A program made the position numbers and the translations under genes. This document shows positions 40,401 through 49,381 of a stretch of 64,000 nucleotides of DNA, piece after piece. The notes under the pieces are model-generated. The model was not told where the DNA came from and did not search any database. It was given only the letters and a program-made list of their open reading frames with translations. This DNA is from an uncultured Gammaproteobacteria bacterium (GTDB lineage: Bacteria; Patescibacteriota; Microgenomatia; CAYXHB01; CAZYTL01). The DNA lies in assembly GCA_964650355.1 (NCBI GenBank), contig CAZYTL010000003.1:1750-65749 (forward strand), written 5' to 3'. Position 1 is the first letter of the stretch. Every line of letters starts with the position of its first letter.

Positions 40401-41191
40401 GTCAGGAATATATGCAAACTAAATTCCTCAACAAACTCTATTGTGATATGTACGATGCCTCCGTGGTATCAGTTTATCTATTAAACAAAAATCGCTACAC
40501 TAGTACCTTCCCCGCTAATGGCTTTAGTGATAATGAATTTGTCTACAGCCAAGAATGCTTAACCGCCCCCTTAACTACCCCCACCCCGACCCTCACTCCA
40601 GCTACTCCTAAAACTCCTCCCGTTGACTCTTTAGCAGCCATCTTCAACCGTGCCTATCTCTCCGACCAAATCTCCCAATATCAAGGCGATCTTACCAAAA
40701 ACCTCGCTTTCTTAGATGCCACCAATAATTTCGCCCTCCAAGCCAATCTGGTCACCCCTTACTCTTCCCTCCTTGCCCTCGTTAACGAAACCCAAAGAAA
40801 CTGGCTGCAAAGAGAATCCCAATCCTACAATCGCTATGAAGAACAACCTCCTCAGCCCACCCCAGTCCCCATCTTTAGAGAATTCGAATCATCTGATGTC
40901 TTCTCTCCCTCTATCGGTATCGGCAATTCACTCTTTGGTACTAGCATGAAATCAGCTCCCGCCCCCCTGATGATGGGTGGCGGCGGTGGTGAATTCGGCG
41001 GCGTCAGCGGCGGCGGATTGGAAATTCCCACCACTACCGTTCAAGCCTTTTCCATCACCAGTGTGGGTGAGTTCATGGGCGGCCTCTTCATTGCCGTTAA
41101 CGTCCTCCTCCTCGGCGGCGGCTTCCTGGTCTATCTCATCATCCACCTTAAAAACCGCAAAAAAACAACCGCCATCAAACAAAATAAGTAA
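37484..41191 (+). CDS. Giant membrane/surface protein: cytoplasmic N-terminus, about 9-10 TM helices, ~750-aa extracytoplasmic domain, PT-rich linker, Gly-rich region and C-terminal TM anchor with basic tail
   Basis: Topology read from hydrophobicity. The C-terminal EIPTTTVQAFSITSVGEFMGGLFIAVNVLLLGGGFLVYLIIHLKNRKK resembles sorting-signal architecture and matches the pilin-like protein module. Confidence 0.7.
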   Translation: MPSEFSTLTDLALSHGIKHSELIDQIHEAILVEFLKKYPEQAKNASVLVDAQTGKATILSNKKDITPPEFAPHAESIARQVILSHLKKADTSPPPPPAEKIAPQPRILSQHPDSHPGKSVSSWLARLIFWGYNGFFLFMLFIFIWGLFTKDLRTSFLDQLQQISLYQSLLLLVLVATPATSIYLALKNHLSRQPHQLAQLFFFLEVPLIGLTFIFLSFDQAIPIIKLFALLALLIPILFFGYVKQIKVDNLPKTYLLTAIIQILLLIVGYFTLLYSFFSPIFLGYLAKSIFSGIVSDFTDYIFTNFVSISTLWEILYFLIIISLAIFGLIIVTLLIFLPYLLTYLFAKMFLQYRTRLLKYVDEQRTSVFIGLTTLAMLILTIGLSYQADISPYLSQLEQLSTATTFEDKLHIAQQLQPHQSAIKQTLQDMNNYGRRYPFHKNDRYLANAYQSVFRLDQTTANHLQSLFHTLAYPFVYWGPTDSYQLRQNFTYLFGNPDAPTPSQPKPNVELVSRDVQAQTAYQDQLATITVTEEYTNKTYQQQQVIYEFSLPNSAVITDLRLGPNLEFPGVIAPKGAASATYERELQRRRDPALLEQVGPRQYRLRVFPIPAKNDRTTLQGKNQKVQFTYIVNATSQGYTLPNYSKTQNINPDPADYTVSLNHQSVSAFISDAYIRDPQTNGPSTDPCQVTQTQTTKTLLENISVSLVPHSSQSQLTNNFDCQEDEALKFPSLLTNQRIALLYDVSRGNKNAEEYELFFKALDAHTQLLTQNTFDLYLFNDQLSQPIKLTNSNLTTTTSGPNLVYFGTSDLNKALKEFSGVYDLAIIITNQTTAFANLNLPSQFNFPIYLIHTDIIPPYNQTFTNYLIQHQGYVANNLSDALDHFVLTQNLQPSNTQVLTVSPYWSLTVPANSLPAITKLPEFTITQTPLPSPTPRINNNLVCGTYFRRKTSNTMVQGNWTDDPQYTISKQKCQEYMQTKFLNKLYCDMYDASVVSVYLLNKNRYTSTFPANGFSDNEFVYSQECLTAPLTTPTPTLTPATPKTPPVDSLAAIFNRAYLSDQISQYQGDLTKNLAFLDATNNFALQANLVTPYSSLLALVNETQRNWLQRESQSYNRYEEQPPQPTPVPIFREFESSDVFSPSIGIGNSLFGTSMKSAPAPLMMGGGGGEFGGVSGGGLEIPTTTVQAFSITSVGEFMGGLFIAVNVLLLGGGFLVYLIIHLKNRKKTTAIKQNK

Positions 41192-41225
41192 TTACTCTCT
41201 CCGCCGTTTACTAATTGCCGAATCT

Positions 41226-43202
41226 TCACCACCACTCCCCGCAGCCGCAATACGTATACCACAAACGAATATTAGCACTCGTGCAATATTGGGCCGGACT
41301 AGGTACCTCCATCTTTTTACCGCAATAATAATTTGGTCGAGAATCATTATAATCGGCCAAACACAACCGTCCCGAACCTCCCCAAGCATAATCTGAAAAA
41401 GTTGTTGTTTTATCCGTATTTGCAGCCACACAGGCTAGACCCTGGTCACCACAAATCTGATCACAAGACTTATTAGAGGCGCTGTTTAGTCTCCATTGTT
41501 GCACAGGAGGCGATGTTATTGGCCCTTCAACCCTCACTACAATATATCCATCGCCCCAATTCTGCTCTATCTGAGTGATCCTAATATCATTTACTTGGTC
41601 ATAAAAACTCTCCCCTGTTTCCAATGCCGCATCCTTAAAATCCAATTCAGCACTATCGCTCAATGGGCTGGTATCCACCAAGTGAGTATTGGCATAATAA
41701 CTCCGTTCACTCCAAATGTGAATATTAGCTCCTTTGGTAATCCCTACGGGTAATCCCGCATCATAACCGATCGGTTGCCGGTATGACACATAATAATCTT
41801 CATTAGTATCCGGCTTATGAATTCGCAAAATCCTGGGTGATGAATTAGTCATCTCCAAAGCATAAACCCTATAATCACCTTCAGCAACTACACTATCTAC
41901 ATCTACCCAACCCATATTGTATTTATGCGGCGCATTATATTGAAAAGTATTCCACAACCCCATCGTATCAGTCTGATCTCCGTATAAACAACTAATCACA
42001 TCACAATTTCCACCGCCTGCATAATCGCAATTTGCATAATCGTCTATTGCTAAAGGACCGCAATCAATCGCTGACGCGTGCGCATTACAAAGGTTATGTC
42101 CCAATTCATGAGTAAAATAATGCGTATCAATATAATTATTAAACCAAGTTCGCTTACCGCAAACTTCACCGCTCCCCCCATACGAACAACCATCTACCCA
42201 GGGAAAGATATACATCACATAATCATAATTTGCCGGGTTAAATCCTGCCTGACTGGCCTTTGAATCAGCAGCATCAGCCCAATCAGTCATATTACAAGCA
42301 CTATCTGAAGAATTAATTGTATACCAGCCGATTACATCACCGCTCAAAGTCAGCTTTCCATTGGAATTCTCCTGATAATAATTAACCAGAGAATTACTCG
42401 TCCCCAAAACATTCTGTCTCACCTCCTGCACCGTAAATGGTTGTCTCTGATTATTAGAAAAGTTTATCAAAATCGCCAATACTCGCTTCGCACCCGACAC
42501 CTTCTCCCTGGACTGGCTCACAATGTCCATGCCTCCCAATTGAGGGGGTACCACTACTGTGTTTGCCAACCTGTATCCGTCAACCTGAACTACGTCCCCC
42601 GTTCCCAATGCCGGAGATCGGGACGCAAAATATACCTTATAATCCTGACCGCTAACCTTGAAACTGTAAAACACCTCAGTTTGTTGCTGTTCAAAATCAT
42701 CCGTTGCCAACACCGACATCTCTCCTTCTCCGTTCCATCGCTGCTCAAGCTGATCAGTAATCTCTCCCGGCATCTCAGCCAGCTGCTCTGATGTATAAAA
42801 TAATCCATAAGCCTGAGCAGTATCCTCAGGAATCAATTCCAGTAGTACCTCCTTCCTGGCCGCGCTTACCTGTAACATTTCTTCCACAACCACTGCCTGT
42901 TGCTCCGGACCGCTCACCTCCCACTGGGCTTTCAGATCCAGTAAATCTTGTGTGTACCTTTCAGCCAAACCTTGCGTGTCAGGAGCCTCCACACAATCCA
43001 TTAAATTAACCTTACCGTCACTATTATAGTCATCAATCAACAACTCAGTCTCTCCGTAATTCGCCATCACCTTTCTGCACCCCGCCACTGATGATTGGGC
43101 CCCAGCTGATCTTACCACCAAAATAAACAATAATAACCCGCCCAAAACAGCAGCAACCATCTTCCTCATAATCCCAGCATACCAAAAAATCACTCTCATC
43201 AA
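41226..43202 (-). CDS. Secreted zinc-metalloprotease-like protein (HExxHxxCxxH) with Cys-rich C-terminal domain
   Basis: Signal peptide MMRVIFWYAGIMRKMVAAVLGGLLLFILVVRSAGA. Motif HELGHNLCNAH. Twelve or more Cys in the last 90 aa. Confidence 0.6.
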   Translation of the reverse strand: MMRVIFWYAGIMRKMVAAVLGGLLLFILVVRSAGAQSSVAGCRKVMANYGETELLIDDYNSDGKVNLMDCVEAPDTQGLAERYTQDLLDLKAQWEVSGPEQQAVVVEEMLQVSAARKEVLLELIPEDTAQAYGLFYTSEQLAEMPGEITDQLEQRWNGEGEMSVLATDDFEQQQTEVFYSFKVSGQDYKVYFASRSPALGTGDVVQVDGYRLANTVVVPPQLGGMDIVSQSREKVSGAKRVLAILINFSNNQRQPFTVQEVRQNVLGTSNSLVNYYQENSNGKLTLSGDVIGWYTINSSDSACNMTDWADAADSKASQAGFNPANYDYVMYIFPWVDGCSYGGSGEVCGKRTWFNNYIDTHYFTHELGHNLCNAHASAIDCGPLAIDDYANCDYAGGGNCDVISCLYGDQTDTMGLWNTFQYNAPHKYNMGWVDVDSVVAEGDYRVYALEMTNSSPRILRIHKPDTNEDYYVSYRQPIGYDAGLPVGITKGANIHIWSERSYYANTHLVDTSPLSDSAELDFKDAALETGESFYDQVNDIRITQIEQNWGDGYIVVRVEGPITSPPVQQWRLNSASNKSCDQICGDQGLACVAANTDKTTTFSDYAWGGSGRLCLADYNDSRPNYYCGKKMEVPSPAQYCTSANIRLWYTYCGCGEWW

Positions 43203-43460
43203 CCAGTCTCTCAGTCAATCACATCGGCTTCATAAATTAGTTACTTTCCTAATCCCTCAGTAATTATCTTCATCTCCCTAACATATTGTCTCCTTTACCC
43301 TAGGCATATCAGAATTCTTTCAATCAGGTTCTGTCCGCAATACAGTAAACCCTCTCTCCGAACAATGCGCCATCCACCTCATATCTAACCACCGCTATGG
43401 ATTCCCAATCTAAAGTATTCATTCTCATTTGAGAAATTAATTCAATCCCAAAGGGAACCC

Positions 43461-44501
43461 TTAGTGATTAACTTTCAACCGATACCCCTTTCCCTTTACA
43501 TTCTCCAGCTCAAACCTCCCTTTCAGCTTCCTCCGCAACCGCGACATCTGCTTATACAACGCCCATAAAGAAAACTTCTCCTCGCTCATCTCCAACATAT
43601 CCGCCAACTTATCCACCGACAATACCTTTCCTTGATTCTCTTCCAACCAGGTAAAAATCCTCTCTTCGGTTCTAGTTAAATTTCCATACATCTGTTCCGC
43701 TATCTTACTCCTGTATCTTTGAACAAAATAATCTCTCAACAACCCAGATCGAATCCGATTATCCTCATCAACCAACTTCAAATCCTGCAACTGTTTAGTA
43801 CTTAATTGTACTATCAACTTTGTCAAATAATTCAACTGAAACAAAATCCCTGAATTTGATTGAAAACCCTCCAAATCGTCCAGCTTCATCTGTCTCTCTG
43901 CCATATTCTTAGGAATCCGCTTCAGTAATCTCCCAATTCCACCGGACAATTCATAAATCCGCTCATAATCCTTCTCTGCTATCGGCCATCCATAATAATC
44001 ATTCGTCACCCTCAACATCGTAAATGCTGCATGTTTATCAAACGGGTCAATCCTAAAACCCGCATTCACGAAAATCCTTGAATGGGCAAAATACCATTCA
44101 GGATGAATAATTCCGGTATGATCAGTGGAAATCAAAAACACTAATTTCTCAGGGTGTGGTTGTCGCAACTCACTTAAGGCCTCTGCGAGATCACTCTTAT
44201 TAGGCACATTTTCAAACCATCTAATTACCACTAAAATTCGTTCGTTTTCAGATTCCAAGGCTAATTTGATCCTCTCAACAATATCCGTGTCTTTACCTCC
44301 ATTGAAAAACAACACCTGATCAAAGACTTCGTCTTCCTCAAACAAGCGCAACAAAAAATTAATTGCTGTATTCAAACCGCATCCCCCTACGGCTGAAATT
44401 GACACATTCTCTCCCTTCAACAACTTCTCACTCACCTTAATATACAGATTATTAAAATAATCTCTTGGCAAACACTGATAGTAAGTTTTATTCATGTCCA
44501 A
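43461..44501 (-). CDS. Degenerate NTPase-like N-domain + C-terminal OmpR-type wHTH (third paralog)
   Basis: SISAVGGCGLNTAINFLL (P-loop-like) and C-terminal LWALYKQMSRLRRKL...VKGKGYRL. Confidence 0.6.
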   Translation of the reverse strand: MDMNKTYYQCLPRDYFNNLYIKVSEKLLKGENVSISAVGGCGLNTAINFLLRLFEEDEVFDQVLFFNGGKDTDIVERIKLALESENERILVVIRWFENVPNKSDLAEALSELRQPHPEKLVFLISTDHTGIIHPEWYFAHSRIFVNAGFRIDPFDKHAAFTMLRVTNDYYGWPIAEKDYERIYELSGGIGRLLKRIPKNMAERQMKLDDLEGFQSNSGILFQLNYLTKLIVQLSTKQLQDLKLVDEDNRIRSGLLRDYFVQRYRSKIAEQMYGNLTRTEERIFTWLEENQGKVLSVDKLADMLEMSEEKFSLWALYKQMSRLRRKLKGRFELENVKGKGYRLKVNH

Positions 44502-44608
44502 AATATGTCCAAAAGCAAACAGATAAAAGTCAAGAAAACGGCTAACTACGATTGCTAAATTTAATCACTAACATCTAATTATACCGTCAAAAACAACCAT
44601 CTCCAAAA

Positions 44609-45550
44609 ATGCCAGGCAAGTACCATCAAGAATCATTATCACTAGACAGACTACTTCTCCATTTAAAAAGAACTAAACCATCATCACCCGAGGTCATAAC
44701 TAGTGAAAAAATCATCTCCCTGATATTTAACCACGCTCAACTATTTGACACTAACTTTCAAAGAGTCAAGGGCGCACGCTTAGTTCAGTTGCTATTAAAA
44801 GAATATCAACAATCTCCTCATGAACAAACTGGACAATTCAAAAGACCTGAACCTGCCCGTTTTCGCCCCCTTAGTCCCTTGACCATTACCGACTTTACCC
44901 ATTTGTCATTAAGCGGCCAAGAATCGCTACAGGATTATCGCAGCGATGATCAGTTTGTCTACGAACAACAAGGACACCCAGGCGTGCTTCATATTAGAGA
45001 CTATCTCAACTATTACTACATTCGACTAATTCCCAAAGGTTGGTCGACTGGCATCACCCCATTAGCCCTATTTACTACTCCAGATGGAATCATCCCCGCA
45101 GCCTGTCTCCAACTAGACCTGGAAATATCACCAGACAATTGGAAGGACGTAAGAGAAGCAATCACTGGTAGAACAAAAGTAGATAGCCATCGTCGTTTTC
45201 CATTCCATCTAGGACACTCATTATCGTCAGGCACTTTTATTGCCAGTTCACCCACAGGCACTCACTTTCATAGCCATATTTATTACCCTTGTACTCCAGA
45301 TAGCCAATTAACAATTGCCAGCCAAATAGGAACTGCCTTGTTAATGAATAAAGAGCACCAACCTCCAATAGTAGACCCTAGACAACTCGGCCACACACTC
45401 AGAAGCTTACCCAATCGAGTAGCCTATGGATATAACTTCACTCTCCCGCCTGACCCAGAACTAAACTGCCTAAGAATTGTTGCCAGCCAGTTAAAACCCT
45501 ATTGTCCGTATCCATTAGCAACAATTAGTTCCAGAAATTTTATTCATTAA
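44609..45550 (+). CDS. Hypothetical protein
   Basis: 313-aa ORF. No motif. Confidence 0.45.
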   Translation: MPGKYHQESLSLDRLLLHLKRTKPSSPEVITSEKIISLIFNHAQLFDTNFQRVKGARLVQLLLKEYQQSPHEQTGQFKRPEPARFRPLSPLTITDFTHLSLSGQESLQDYRSDDQFVYEQQGHPGVLHIRDYLNYYYIRLIPKGWSTGITPLALFTTPDGIIPAACLQLDLEISPDNWKDVREAITGRTKVDSHRRFPFHLGHSLSSGTFIASSPTGTHFHSHIYYPCTPDSQLTIASQIGTALLMNKEHQPPIVDPRQLGHTLRSLPNRVAYGYNFTLPPDPELNCLRIVASQLKPYCPYPLATISSRNFIH

Positions 45551-45573
45551 TTCAATCTTCTTTAGCAAAAATC

Positions 45574-46275
45574 ATGCCCACCCAAGAGAGATTTCCGGCT
45601 ACAGTATCCGTCGCTCTGCTTCTCACTCACGGTAGAAGTAAACGGCTATTACTCACCAGGCAGAAATCAGATCAAGAACAATGGGGACTAATCGCAGGTG
45701 GAGTCCAACAGGGAGAAACTGCATGGAATGCTATTGTCCGTGAAACTTGGGAGGAAGCTAGAATTAAAGAACAAAATATCATTTTCGTCACCGGATGGAA
45801 CAGCCTTGAACCTCACGTAGCGCTAATTAGAGGCCAGGATAAAATCCGCCTAGGCTTAGTCTTCGATTCCACCTACAGCGGCCCCCGTATATCTTTGGAA
45901 GGATGGGAAATATCAGATGATCCCAAGGTAGACCGGGTAAAATTCTTCCGCTGGCAAGAGATTCTCCACCTACTTGAAGATCAATCAAGAATTTACCGGC
46001 CTGAATTTAACTATCCTCAACTCCTCAGATGGCTATTAAAAGATCTTGGCCATAACCCCCATAGAACAATTACAGTCGACCAGTGGTTGCAAACCAATTT
46101 TCAAACCATCCCCGGACTGCAGCCCAAAACAGACAGCCCGAATAGTCAGCCATTCAAGTTAGCTGACCGCTGGGAATACTACTCTCCCTATAACCAGTGG
46201 ATGAAAACACCCGGAATCCATGGACAGGCTACCCGAACCAACTTTGCTAGACCAAGGTGGAAACCTAAACCTTAA
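45574..46275 (+). CDS. NUDIX hydrolase
   Basis: Nudix box GGVQQGETAWNAIVRETWEEARI. Confidence 0.7.
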   Translation: MPTQERFPATVSVALLLTHGRSKRLLLTRQKSDQEQWGLIAGGVQQGETAWNAIVRETWEEARIKEQNIIFVTGWNSLEPHVALIRGQDKIRLGLVFDSTYSGPRISLEGWEISDDPKVDRVKFFRWQEILHLLEDQSRIYRPEFNYPQLLRWLLKDLGHNPHRTITVDQWLQTNFQTIPGLQPKTDSPNSQPFKLADRWEYYSPYNQWMKTPGIHGQATRTNFARPRWKPKP

Positions 46276-46341
46276 AAATTCCATCACCGCTCAAACCTTA
46301 TCACCCACCCGACTACTACGTTATTTATCATCTATTGGTCT

Positions 46342-47328
46342 TTACTTCTGGCACACCGGGCACCAAAACGTCCCCCTTCCTCCCAACGTCACCCGCTTAA
46401 TCTCGCCTCCGTCTTTCCTCAAACAAGCCTCCCCTTCCCTCTGATACGCCTTAAAATGCTCCTGATACTTACCTCCCAAACCTTGCAAATCAAGATACTT
46501 TCCGTCCTGCGCCGTGGCCCCCCCATACTTAATGCCCTCTTCCAACACCTTAATCGTAGCCACCCGCAACGCCTCCGCTTCGTTGTCGCTCAAACTGTTC
46601 GCTGGTCTCTGCGGATCAATCCCTGCTTCCCATAACGCATCATTTGCATATATGTTTCCCACCCCTGCTATCTTGTCCTGATCCATTAATCTTAACTTAA
46701 CAGCTTTCTTACTCGATTTGAATACTTTAGCCCATTCTTCAGCCCCAAACTCACTCGGTTCTTTCCCCAATTTGCTAATAAATGCCCCCTTCTCCACTTC
46801 TGCGGTTGGCACCACCTTTACCCATCCAAAAATCCTCTGGTCATTAAAATATAATACCCCGTCACCATCAGCTTTTAGCTTTGAGCTATTAGCTTTTAGC
46901 TGGTGATTTTTCGCTTGAAAGCGAAAAATCACCCTCGTGTGCTTACTCGGCAACACGCCCACAAAATCCCCTGTGGGATGACCCCCTGCCACCCGATGCC
47001 TTAAATGCTCTACACTCCCTACCCCATGCGGTTCATAAATCAACTGTCCTGTCATCTTCAGGTGAATAACCAAAGATAAGTTGTCAGTTTCGAATTTTGA
47101 GTTTTTATCTATAACTCTTCGCTTTTCGCTATTCGCTATTCGCTTTTGTAAATCTATTACCAGTGCCTTCCCAAACCTCCTCACTCCTACTACCTGGCAA
47201 CCAATCACGGCTGCTTTATCACCCATAAAACTCTTCTCCTTCACTACCTCTACCTCATCAATCACCTTCCCCACCAGCACCTCATCCAACTGTCTCTTAA
47301 TCGTTTCCACCTCAGGTAACTCCGGCAT
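46342..47328 (-). CDS. mutM: Formamidopyrimidine-DNA glycosylase (Fpg/MutM)
   Basis: The true start is probably the internal MPELPEVETI (Pro2 nucleophile). The ORF track start at 47364 adds 12 aa. C-terminal zinc finger CPVCQK. Contains in-frame heptamer arrays and a 15-bp-stem hairpin. Confidence 0.85.
   Translation of the reverse strand: MPELPEVETIKRQLDEVLVGKVIDEVEVVKEKSFMGDKAAVIGCQVVGVRRFGKALVIDLQKRIANSEKRRVIDKNSKFETDNLSLVIHLKMTGQLIYEPHGVGSVEHLRHRVAGGHPTGDFVGVLPSKHTRVIFRFQAKNHQLKANSSKLKADGDGVLYFNDQRIFGWVKVVPTAEVEKGAFISKLGKEPSEFGAEEWAKVFKSSKKAVKLRLMDQDKIAGVGNIYANDALWEAGIDPQRPANSLSDNEAEALRVATIKVLEEGIKYGGATAQDGKYLDLQGLGGKYQEHFKAYQREGEACLRKDGGEIKRVTLGGRGTFWCPVCQK
46869..46933. repeat. Inside fpg: agctttN heptamer x5 followed by near-perfect 32-nt palindrome ggtgatttttcgctt-ga-aagcgaaaaatcacc. 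A second array ttcgctN x4 lies at 47118-47147.
   Basis: Read directly. Translated in-frame as ...HQLKANSSKLKADG... and VIFRFQAKNHQ. Confidence 0.75.
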
Positions 47329-47392
47329 AACACTGATTCTAAGCCATTCTGTCTTACAGAACAACCTCTTGTAATTCAGACATCAACCATCA

Positions 47393-47713
47393 TTAATGTA
47401 AATGGCTGGGGCAGCCACTACCAGGTTCCCAAACCAACTCTGGATTCAGCGCACAACGTCTAAAAACACATTCCACCGTTTGAAAATCTCCATCAGAACT
47501 ACAAATCCGGTGACAATGAGCACCAAAAGGTGAACCGGCAGGCTCACAATCCCAAATCTCCAATCCTTCACACCAACTAGGTATCCCCATAATTCTACAA
47601 GATCTCTCCATCAAACTTTTATTTCCAAATACCAATAATCCCAGCACCATTAAACCAACAAAGATAAATATCAACCCCATCATCTTCTTATCCATAAGAT
47701 CAGCATCAATCAT
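47393..47713 (-). CDS. Small Cys-rich secreted/anchored protein
   Basis: N-terminal hydrophobic segment LIFIFVGLMVLGLLVF then 10 Cys in 70 aa. Confidence 0.45.
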   Translation of the reverse strand: MIDADLMDKKMMGLIFIFVGLMVLGLLVFGNKSLMERSCRIMGIPSWCEGLEIWDCEPAGSPFGAHCHRICSSDGDFQTVECVFRRCALNPELVWEPGSGCPSHLH

Positions 47714-47718
47714 TCAGT

Positions 47719-48837
47719 CTACTTTATCTTAGCATATTCCCTCTCCACCAACTCTCTCATCTCCTTCTCAAACCTCTCCCGACTGAACTTCTCCGCGTGC
47801 TTCCTGCAATCACCCACTCGGTAATTATCAGCCTTAAACCTTTGCAAACACTTCACTAGTCCTTCCACCGAATAATCATGGAAAAATGTCCCCGTCTTCC
47901 CTTCCACCACCGTCTCCAAATATCCTCCTCCGGCATAAGCCACCACTGGTCGGCCAGCAGCCATCGCCTCCACCACCGTCATCCCAAAATCCTCATCTGA
48001 AGCCATTGCCAAATAGGCCTTACATCCCCCATACAACCTCCACAACTCTTCTTCACTCACCCACCCCAACCATTCCACTTTCTCCCCCGATGCCTTCTTC
48101 CATCGCCGCTCATTCCACCTCAATCCCGCCGGTTCTCCCACAATCTTAACTGCCAAACCCAGCTCTTTAGCCGCTCCCAACAAAATATCCCATCCCTTGG
48201 CTCCCACCACCCTGGATACCACCAAATAATAATCCTCCACCTTCGCCGACTTAGTGGCTTTAGCGATCTTCTTCACCTCCACCGGCGGATAAATCACTTT
48301 TGCCCCTAGTCGATAAAACTTCTCAATCCTCTCCTCTACCACATGAGAATTAGCCACAAACTCGTCCACCCTTTGCGCTGCCAAATAATCATACTGTCGC
48401 AAGTAATGAATTAACAACTGACCATACACCCTTACCGGCCAAAACCTCTTCCATTCTACCGCCGTTGGGTAACCATACAAAAACTTTGGTGGTGTATGAC
48501 AATAACAAATATGCGCCGTATCCGGTTGCGTTAGTACCCCTTTAGTAACATAACCAGAAGCCGAAGAAATCACCACATCATAGCCAGATAAGTCAAAACT
48601 CTCCCAAATCAAAGGTATCAAAAACCTCAATGGACTATGCAAATTCCATCTCTTGATTAACCATTCATGCTTCCAGGCAATTACCTTTCTGTCCTTAAAA
48701 GCCTCTGCCGCACTCGATCCAGGCGTCACAAACGCCGTATGAATCGGCGCTTCCGGCCACATCTCCGCCAACACCCGCAACACTCTCTCTGCCCCCCCAA
48801 ATTCCTTCAAATAATCATGCACCAACGCTACCTTCAT
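47719..48837 (-). CDS. Glycosyltransferase family 1 (GT4-like)
   Basis: EDFGMTVVEAMAAGRPVVA (E-x7-E region), GT-B fold. Confidence 0.8.
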   Translation of the reverse strand: MKVALVHDYLKEFGGAERVLRVLAEMWPEAPIHTAFVTPGSSAAEAFKDRKVIAWKHEWLIKRWNLHSPLRFLIPLIWESFDLSGYDVVISSASGYVTKGVLTQPDTAHICYCHTPPKFLYGYPTAVEWKRFWPVRVYGQLLIHYLRQYDYLAAQRVDEFVANSHVVEERIEKFYRLGAKVIYPPVEVKKIAKATKSAKVEDYYLVVSRVVGAKGWDILLGAAKELGLAVKIVGEPAGLRWNERRWKKASGEKVEWLGWVSEEELWRLYGGCKAYLAMASDEDFGMTVVEAMAAGRPVVAYAGGGYLETVVEGKTGTFFHDYSVEGLVKCLQRFKADNYRVGDCRKHAEKFSRERFEKEMRELVEREYAKIK

Positions 48838-48952
48838 AAATTATGGTTTCTTATTGACAATTCTACCAAAATATGGATAATAATACTTGCTCTGCATCAC
48901 CCCCTGATGCAGAGCACGGAGCGCTTAACTGCAAGGTCAAGCGCTCCATTTT

Positions 48953-49327
48953 TTGACAACCATCTCTTCTTTCTTAATAATAAACTTAGTGTTCTTCAAA
49001 CTAATTTCCACTCTCGTAACCGCTCCAGTTGAACTCCTGGGTTCATTACTAGTAGAAATCATCCTCCTTCTCTTCTTCTTTAACGTTCCTCAAGTTTTAT
49101 TCCTTATCCTTATAGGTATCATTCTGCTCCAAAAACTCATTCTTAAAAAAGACATACCTAAGGTTCTTCAATATCTACTTATTTTTGTAATTTCATTAAA
49201 TTTAATCTTTATCCTATCCAACATCTATAGTGGATACCAATATAATCAAATAAAGAGAAAACCTACTAACTGGATAGCATTAATCAAAGGCACTCTCTTG
49301 AACACCCCGAAACCATTAAACTTCTAG
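48953..49327 (+). CDS. Hypothetical small membrane protein
   Basis: 124 aa, three or four TM segments, AT-rich. Confidence 0.4.
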   Translation: MTTISSFLIINLVFFKLISTLVTAPVELLGSLLVEIILLLFFFNVPQVLFLILIGIILLQKLILKKDIPKVLQYLLIFVISLNLIFILSNIYSGYQYNQIKRKPTNWIALIKGTLLNTPKPLNF

Positions 49328-49381
49328 CCCCAAACCAGAAGCATCATCTCAACATCTTCAACTATCTTCCTTGTGCTCATC

